A stretch of 11,078 nt of DNA from a virus: the IMG/VR virus record IMGVR_UViG_3300035698_031865; one strand, given 5' to 3'. Under the pieces are notes generated by a model. It had not been told where the DNA came from. It ran no database searches and worked only from the letters and a program-made list of their open reading frames with translations. A program made the translations under genes and the position numbers. Below are positions 7,049-11,078 of the stretch, piece after piece (position 1 is the stretch's first letter; each line of letters begins with the position of its first letter).

Positions 7049-7120
7049 GCGTCTGTAGTGTTAATGGTAGCACATGGGTTTTCCAAACCTGGAGTGCGGG
7101 TTCAAATCCTGTTGGGCGCA
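7049..7120 (+). tRNA. trnG: tRNA-Gly (anticodon TCC)
   Basis: Full cloverleaf by eye: acceptor GCGTCTG/TGGGCGC (7 pairs incl. GU), D stem GTGT/GCAC, anticodon stem TGGGT/ACCTG with loop TTTCCAA (TCC at 7082-7084), T arm GCGGG-TTCAAAT-CCTGT, discriminator A; CCA not encoded. Confidence 0.93.
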
Positions 7121-7134
7121 TTAGGGTGATTAAT

Positions 7135-7218
7135 ATGACAATAAAAGTAGAAGCATGGCAAAGTATGGGAATAAAGAAAGAGAAATGTATAGATAAGTTT
7201 GAGTTTTGTTGTTGGTGA
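7135..7218 (+). CDS. microprotein (27 aa)
   Basis: Manual translation MTIKVEAWQSMGIKKEKCIDKFEFCCW*, preceded by agggtgat; short, so tentative. Confidence 0.35.
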   Translation: MTIKVEAWQSMGIKKEKCIDKFEFCCW

Positions 7219-7223
7219 TAAGA

Positions 7224-7331
7224 ATGAATAATATTTTTTTAGGTATAAAAATAATTGATTTTCAATTTTTAAAAAGTTGGCTATGGTGGCTATATATTTT
7301 TATTGTTATATCACTATTGTTAGGGGAATGA
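7224..7331 (+). CDS. single-TM microprotein (35 aa)
   Basis: Manual translation MNNIFLGIKIIDFQFLKSWLWWLYIFIVISLLLGE*; preceded by ggtgataaga. Confidence 0.45.
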   Translation: MNNIFLGIKIIDFQFLKSWLWWLYIFIVISLLLGE

Positions 7332-7335
7332 TATA

Positions 7336-7497
7336 ATGGCAACCATGATATTAAAGTTAATAGGTGTATTATTGTTATTAGGATTAATGTTTGTCTCCCG
7401 TGTTATAATAATCATTGTTTTGATTGTGTTGTTAATAATATTAATTAGGATAATAGCAGACATCTTTTGGTGGGGTAAAGATAGTGGTAAGTGGTAA
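7336..7497 (+). CDS. strongly hydrophobic microprotein (53 aa)
   Basis: Manual translation MATMILKLIGVLLLLGLMFVSRVIIIIVLIVLLIILIRIIADIFWWGKDSGKW*; preceded by agggga. Confidence 0.5.
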   Translation: MATMILKLIGVLLLLGLMFVSRVIIIIVLIVLLIILIRIIADIFWWGKDSGKW

Positions 7498-7501
7498 GGT
7501 A

Positions 7502-7645
7502 TTGTTTATACTATGGACTATTTGGTTTATGGGTAGTTTTATATTTCTATTGTTTAATAAAGAGAGTTATATAGGATGGTTGGTGTGGGTGTTATCTTTA
7601 GGTGCTTTGTTTGGTTATGTTGTTTTGACTGGAGAGATAATGTAA
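7502..7645 (+). CDS. two-TM microprotein (47 aa, TTG start)
   Basis: Manual translation (M)FILWTIWFMGSFIFLLFNKESYIGWLVWVLSLGALFGYVVLTGEIM*; follows the upstream stop by 4 nt. Confidence 0.45.
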   Translation: MFILWTIWFMGSFIFLLFNKESYIGWLVWVLSLGALFGYVVLTGEIM

Positions 7646-7710
7646 TACGATTAAGTTAAATTTATATAGTGAATGGATTTAATAATGTTAAAGTGTAGTG
7701 AGGTGTTAAA

Positions 7711-8010
7711 ATGAGATTATTTAAAATCAGTCAAGAAATAAATAATGATTATGATACATATAGTGATGCTGTTGTATGTGCTGAAGATGAAGGAGAAGCA
7801 CAAAAAATACATCCGTGTGGATATCTTGATATTGACGAAGAAGGGTATTTTGGATATCCTGCTGGAAAAGGAGGAAGAACAAAATTTGAAAGAATCTCAT
7901 GTAGTTATGATTGGGTTTTGAATATAAAAGATGTAAAAGTCGAATATATAGGAGAGGCTGATAATAAATTAAAAAAAGGAGTTGTATGTGCTTCATACCA
8001 TGCCGGATAA
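7711..8010 (+). CDS. conserved virus/phage-type small protein (99 aa)
   Basis: MRLFKISQEINNDYDTYSDAVVCAEDEGEAQKIHP...VKVEYIGEADNKLKKGVVCASYHAG matches a recurrent pattern (ISQ..N.dYDTYdsAVV.A.....A..iHP ... V.yiGeAd...kGVicASyhAG) I associate with phage-encoded small proteins; SD gaggtg. Confidence 0.75.
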   Translation: MRLFKISQEINNDYDTYSDAVVCAEDEGEAQKIHPCGYLDIDEEGYFGYPAGKGGRTKFERISCSYDWVLNIKDVKVEYIGEADNKLKKGVVCASYHAG

Positions 8011-8021
8011 TATTAAAATAT

Positions 8022-8093
8022 ATTCCTAGCAGATAAAGTGTCTACCGTTGGTATTTGTACACCTCAGAATTCTTTAGGTAGAAGTACTCTACC
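8022..8093. repeat. structured repeat unit A1
   Basis: ATTCCTAGCAGATAAAGTGTCTACC...TTTGTACACCTCAGAATTCTTTAG followed by hairpin GGTAGA-agtac-TCTACC (8077-8093). Confidence 0.75.
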
Positions 8094-8133
8094 GTAAATA
8101 TTTATACACCTCACTGATAAGTATTATAGGAGA

Positions 8134-8186
8134 TAGGTGGGCTTAAAAGTTTTAAGAATATCTTATAACCTTTAAGCCTGTATTAT
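8134..8186. repeat. hairpin repeat B1
   Basis: 53 nt matching 8249-8301 with two substitutions; outer stem GGCTTAAA/TTTAAGCC and inner TAAGA-ata-TCTTA. Confidence 0.8.
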
Positions 8187-8248
8187 ATCTTATTTGGTAT
8201 AAACTATTCCCTACAATATCTATATTGTATTGTGTATGGTGTAAAGTA

Positions 8249-8301
8249 TAGGTAGGCTTAAAAGCTTTAAGAATATCTTATAACCTTTAAGCCTGTATTA
8301 T
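8249..8301. repeat. hairpin repeat B2
   Basis: Second copy of the 53-nt element, 115 nt downstream of B1. Confidence 0.8.
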
Positions 8302-8328
8302 CTATATATTATATAAAGCATATATTTG

Positions 8329-8434
8329 AACCCATAGATGGTTTGCCACGAATATATTCCTAGCAGATAAAGGCTCTGTCGGCAGTATTCTCACGTTACA
8401 AATTCTTTAGGTAGACACTTTATCTGCTAGGAAT
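8329..8434. repeat. repeat unit C1-A2 with perfect 17-bp stem
   Basis: AACCCATAGATGGTTTGCCAC then ATTCCTAGCAGATAAAG (8356-8372) pairing perfectly with CTTTATCTGCTAGGAAT (8418-8434). Confidence 0.8.
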
Positions 8435-8474
8435 TTGTACACTTCACGAAAAAGTGTTCGAACACATATATTAA

Positions 8475-8581
8475 AACCCATAAATGGTTTGCCACTATTT
8501 AATTCCTAGCAGATAAAGTGTTAGCCAATGGAATTTGTACACCTCAGAATTCCTTAGAGACAGCCGCTGTCTGCTAAGAAT
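8475..8581. repeat. repeat unit C2-A3
   Basis: AACCCATAAATGGTTTGCCAC, same 6-nt spacing, ATTCCTAGCAGATA (8502-) pairing with GTCTGCTAAGAAT (8569-8581) with one mismatch; internal hairpins GGAATT/AATTCC and AGACAG-ccg-CTGTCT. Confidence 0.75.
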
Positions 8582-9503
8582 AGTACGCGCTCAGATTTGA
8601 ATGATTGAAAGTTCAGATATCGTTAGATTTTGTTAAAAAAAGGCAAAAATCAATAAAAGTTCAATATATCTATGAAGAATTTACTACTAAACAGTGACGA
8701 ATTCGTCGGTGAACAAAAGAAAATAGGTATTTTCTTTTCGAAAAACGTCTAAGGAAGTACCCCTATTTATAGTTCTGCGCATTTTTTTGTTTCTCAAAAA
8801 CCGGCTTTCAGTATAAACAGATGAGTATGGCAGGGTTAGCATAGTATACCCAATGAGATATGTATTATGTAATAGTATAATAGTAGATTATAGATGTATG
8901 GTTTCTTTAGAACCACATAAATTCAGCTATTAGATAGAAAACAACCATATGATTTATGCCTAGAACGTTACCCTATAGAAGCCGGGATTCTGTTGGAATT
9001 TGAAATTCAAATTTAAAATCAGTTGAAATTTGAAGTAGTTGTTTTTCAATACGATTTCAAATGATTCATACTTTAACTTTGAAATCCCTATTTTGTTACT
9101 ATTTTAAAGTAGTAACGAAATACACTGTTTAAATTTCAAATCATGTGTTTTGAATTTGAGGTATTTCAGACCTAACAGTAATTCAATATTCTGTCAAATA
9201 GATTTCAACAATATACTTAACAGTACAACAAATTGGTTTTCTAAAATAAACTCTTTTAAACACATCTTTTTCTTTTACTGTATAAATATTATATGTTACA
9301 TATACTGACTAGTTCTAATGGACGACATTATATTATTAATGGATGGGTACTCTACTATTAAATATAAAAGTTAATTGGATAGCGCACTATTCTGTTGGTT
9401 GTTTTTTTACTACTATTGATTAATAACTTTTCTATATATAATTCTTTTGTTGTAATGTTTTCGTAGTAACATTTTATATTTAATATATACTTAAGGAGAT
9501 GTA

Positions 9504-9544
9504 TTGGGTAAAAGCTTTTAAGTATTTGCCCAAACATTTATATA
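9504..9544 (+). promoter_or_regulatory. hairpin followed by strong archaeal-type TATA box
   Basis: TTGGGTAAA (9504-9512) pairs with TTTGCCCAA (9525-9533), then CAAACA TTTATATA (9537-9544). Confidence 0.6.
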
Positions 9545-9568
9545 GTAGTAATGGTTTACTATCCATAA

Positions 9569-9614
9569 CACAGTATACAAACACAGTATACAAACACAGT
9601 ATACAAACACAGTA
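9569..9614 (+). repeat. 13-bp direct tandem repeats (iteron-like), 3.5 copies
   Basis: (CACAGTATACAAA)x3 followed by CACAGTA. Confidence 0.9.
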
Positions 9615-9640
9615 ACGTAATAACAACGTTTGATATACAA

Positions 9641-9655
9641 CCCAAACATATATAA
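9641..9655 (+). promoter_or_regulatory. candidate promoter for the 9725 gene
   Basis: CCCAAACATATATAA, same element as at 9529 and 10910. Confidence 0.55.
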
Positions 9656-9724
9656 ACATCCGCTGATTACTAATTACTACACAACATAAACCAAATAGAG
9701 TTTATGTTGCGGTGAGGCAAACAA

Positions 9725-10048
9725 ATGGAACAAACAAAAACACAAGAAGAAGTACAAAAACCAACAGTAGAGAAAACACCAAACTTAGGGAGATGTCACC
9801 TAATACGTACAAACGCTTTGGCTGGAGTAAAGAACAGGGACGAGTTAGCACTTAAAGTATTTAACACACTAAAGAAGGCTAACAAACTACAGACAAAGAA
9901 AGGCGCTGAGATAACAGTAGACACTATAAAGAGTCAAATCTCTAGTGTTGTAACTGTTATTAAGAAAGGCATACAGAAACATTGGAAAGCATTTAAAGTT
10001 GTTGAGACTGAGAAGAGTTTCAAATTTGTTAAGAAAGCCTCTAACTAA
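9725..10048 (+). CDS. small basic protein, possible DNA-binding/regulatory (107 aa)
   Basis: MEQTKTQEEVQKPTVEKTPNLGRCHLIRTNALAGVKNRDELALKVFNTLKKANKLQTKKG...; SD ggtgagg upstream, promoter at 9641. Confidence 0.7.
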   Translation: MEQTKTQEEVQKPTVEKTPNLGRCHLIRTNALAGVKNRDELALKVFNTLKKANKLQTKKGAEITVDTIKSQISSVVTVIKKGIQKHWKAFKVVETEKSFKFVKKASN

Positions 10049-10065
10049 GGCTACTTTTTTCTTTT
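10036..10065 (+). terminator. candidate hairpin plus U-tract terminator
   Basis: AGCCT-ctaacta-AGGCT followed by acTTTTTTcTTTT, overlapping the stop codon of the 9725 gene. Confidence 0.5.
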
Positions 10066-10084
10066 AACTAAAAGGTGAGGCAAA

Positions 10085-10204
10085 ATGGAATGTGAAAATT
10101 GTAAAGGAAACGGTGAAGTGAAAGAACATAATTTTGATGAAGATGGGCCACTATACGATATAGTAACTTGTATATTTTGTAACGGAACAGGTGAGGCAAG
10201 ATGA
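10085..10204 (+). CDS. mini zinc-finger protein with two CxxCxGxG motifs (39 aa)
   Basis: Manual translation MECENCKGNGEVKEHNFDEDGPLYDIVTCIFCNGTGEAR*; SD ggtgagg. Confidence 0.65.
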   Translation: MECENCKGNGEVKEHNFDEDGPLYDIVTCIFCNGTGEAR

Positions 10205-10299
10205 TGATAAACCCGTTTGATTTTGGATTAGAGATAAGGGACGTGCTTACAATAATAGATATCAAACAACGTGATTATTTGAAAGATTATGAGGTGTGA
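10201..10299 (+). CDS. microprotein (32 aa)
   Basis: Manual translation MMINPFDFGLEIRDVLTIIDIKQRDYLKDYEV*; SD aggtgagg; overlaps the preceding stop. Confidence 0.45.
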   Translation: MMINPFDFGLEIRDVLTIIDIKQRDYLKDYEV

Positions 10300-10301
10300 G
10301 A

Positions 10302-10901
10302 ATGAGTGAAATTATAATAACTCCAACTTTTTCAGCAAATGAAGTTAATTATGTGAAAGAAATTATTACTCATATTAATGGGATTCAAAGAGAATGTTCA
10401 TGCGCACCAACATATTTTGGAAGTCGCGAATTTAAACATCATTGTTTTAAATTATTCAGTAAATTTATTTTTAGAACATCACATTATATAAACGGATGGA
10501 GAAGAAAAAGATTGGGTGTTAATGAAATTATAAAACAAGACCCAATGGAATGTTTAAATTTGATTATAAAAAGAACTCCAAAATTAAAATTAGATAAATT
10601 TATAATTGAAAAAAATGAAGTTATTATACCAACTATTATTCCATCCAATATAGATGAATTGGAATATAGAATAAATTATATTACTATTAGAGAAGAAATT
10701 ATTGCATTCCTTCAACAAACAGTAGGAAATTCAAAAGAACTTAATGAATTAAAAGAATTGTTTGTTAGTAATAATAGCCCAATAACATTCGATGAATATA
10801 TTATAAAGAAAAGTAAATCATTATTAGATTTAGATTTAAGTGGTTATGTAGATAAATTAAATGAGGAAACGAATAAAAAATCAAAAGTTAAATATAAATA
10901 A
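10302..10901 (+). CDS. hypothetical protein (199 aa)
   Basis: ATG 10302 with SD gaggtg (the GTG at 10296 in the track is less likely); MSEIIITPTFSANEVNYVKEIITHINGIQRECSC... Confidence 0.7.
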   Translation: MSEIIITPTFSANEVNYVKEIITHINGIQRECSCAPTYFGSREFKHHCFKLFSKFIFRTSHYINGWRRKRLGVNEIIKQDPMECLNLIIKRTPKLKLDKFIIEKNEVIIPTIIPSNIDELEYRINYITIREEIIAFLQQTVGNSKELNELKELFVSNNSPITFDEYIIKKSKSLLDLDLSGYVDKLNEETNKKSKVKYK

Positions 10902-10937
10902 ACCCAATACCCAAACATTTATATAGTGGATGGGTTT
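10900..10937 (+). promoter_or_regulatory. archaeal-type promoter flanked by a 7-bp inverted repeat
   Basis: AAACCCA...CCCAAACATTTATATAGT...TGGGTTT; ATG at 10967. Confidence 0.6.
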
Positions 10938-10966
10938 TAATATTTATAAATAGGTGAGGCATAAAA

Positions 10967-11078
10967 ATGGAACAAATAATTGAAAAAGAAAAACCAAAGT
11001 TAGTGTTACTTGGAGAAGATGGAAATGCTTTTAATGTTTTAGGTAAGGCAAAAAGAGTAGCACAAAAAAATGATATGG
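10967..11078 (+). CDS. small conserved phage-like protein, 3'-truncated by window
   Basis: MEQIIEKEKPKLVLLGEDGNAFNVLGKAKRVAQKNDM...; the LvGeDGNaF.vLGka.rA pattern is recurrent in phage-type small proteins; SD ggtgagg. Confidence 0.6.
   Translation, partial: MEQIIEKEKPKLVLLGEDGNAFNVLGKAKRVAQKNDM

Noticed and set aside
7727-7996. Antisense ORF of 89 aa
   Set aside because: Fully contained within the reverse strand of the conserved 7711-8010 gene; His/Leu/Gln-rich translation looks spurious.
8022-8581. CRISPR or integron attC array
   Set aside because: Only three units with irregular spacing (334 and 146 nt), a unique inverted arm and no cas or integrase gene visible; attC-like folding is only superficial and no cassette ORFs lie between units.
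9569-9614. CRISPR-like array
   Set aside because: The 13-bp units are directly abutting with no spacers and are far too short for CRISPR repeats.
10068-10265. Antisense ORF of 65 aa
   Set aside because: Opposes the CxxCxGxG microprotein and its neighbour, which have clear SD sequences.

Overview
AT-rich, gene-dense window with every supportable gene on the + strand. Closely spaced or overlapping (often ATGA-coupled) small ORFs, GGTGA/GGAGG-type Shine-Dalgarno sequences and repeated TTTATATA-type boxes preceded by CCCAAAC point to an archaeal mobile element (virus or plasmid); that assignment is inference. Supportable content: an array of one/two-TM microproteins (430-1260 and 1918-2686), two small Cys-rich lipoproteins, a PD-(D/E)XK / Hjc-like nuclease candidate (1565-1921), a DUF932-like protein (3069-4004), a coiled-coil plus Q-rich protein (4611-5324), a DUF5658-like membrane protein (5507-5965), a complete tRNA-Gly(UCC) (7049-7120), a virus-type conserved small protein (7711-8010), and a second gene block after 9725 that includes a 39-aa protein with two CxxCxGxG motifs. 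The two strongest oddities are: (1) a ~1.7-kb non-coding region (8011-9724) with modular structured repeats (a 25-bp perfect inverted repeat with three competing 5' arms, two copies of a 53-nt hairpin repeat, paired 21-nt repeats), several perfect palindromes and 3.5 copies of a 13-bp iteron immediately 3' of a strong TATA box; (2) a frameshifted or recoded paralog of the secreted protein at 6395-6637, ending one base before the tRNA. The non-coding region is my best candidate for an undescribed system (replication origin, regulatory RNA cluster or recombination site array).
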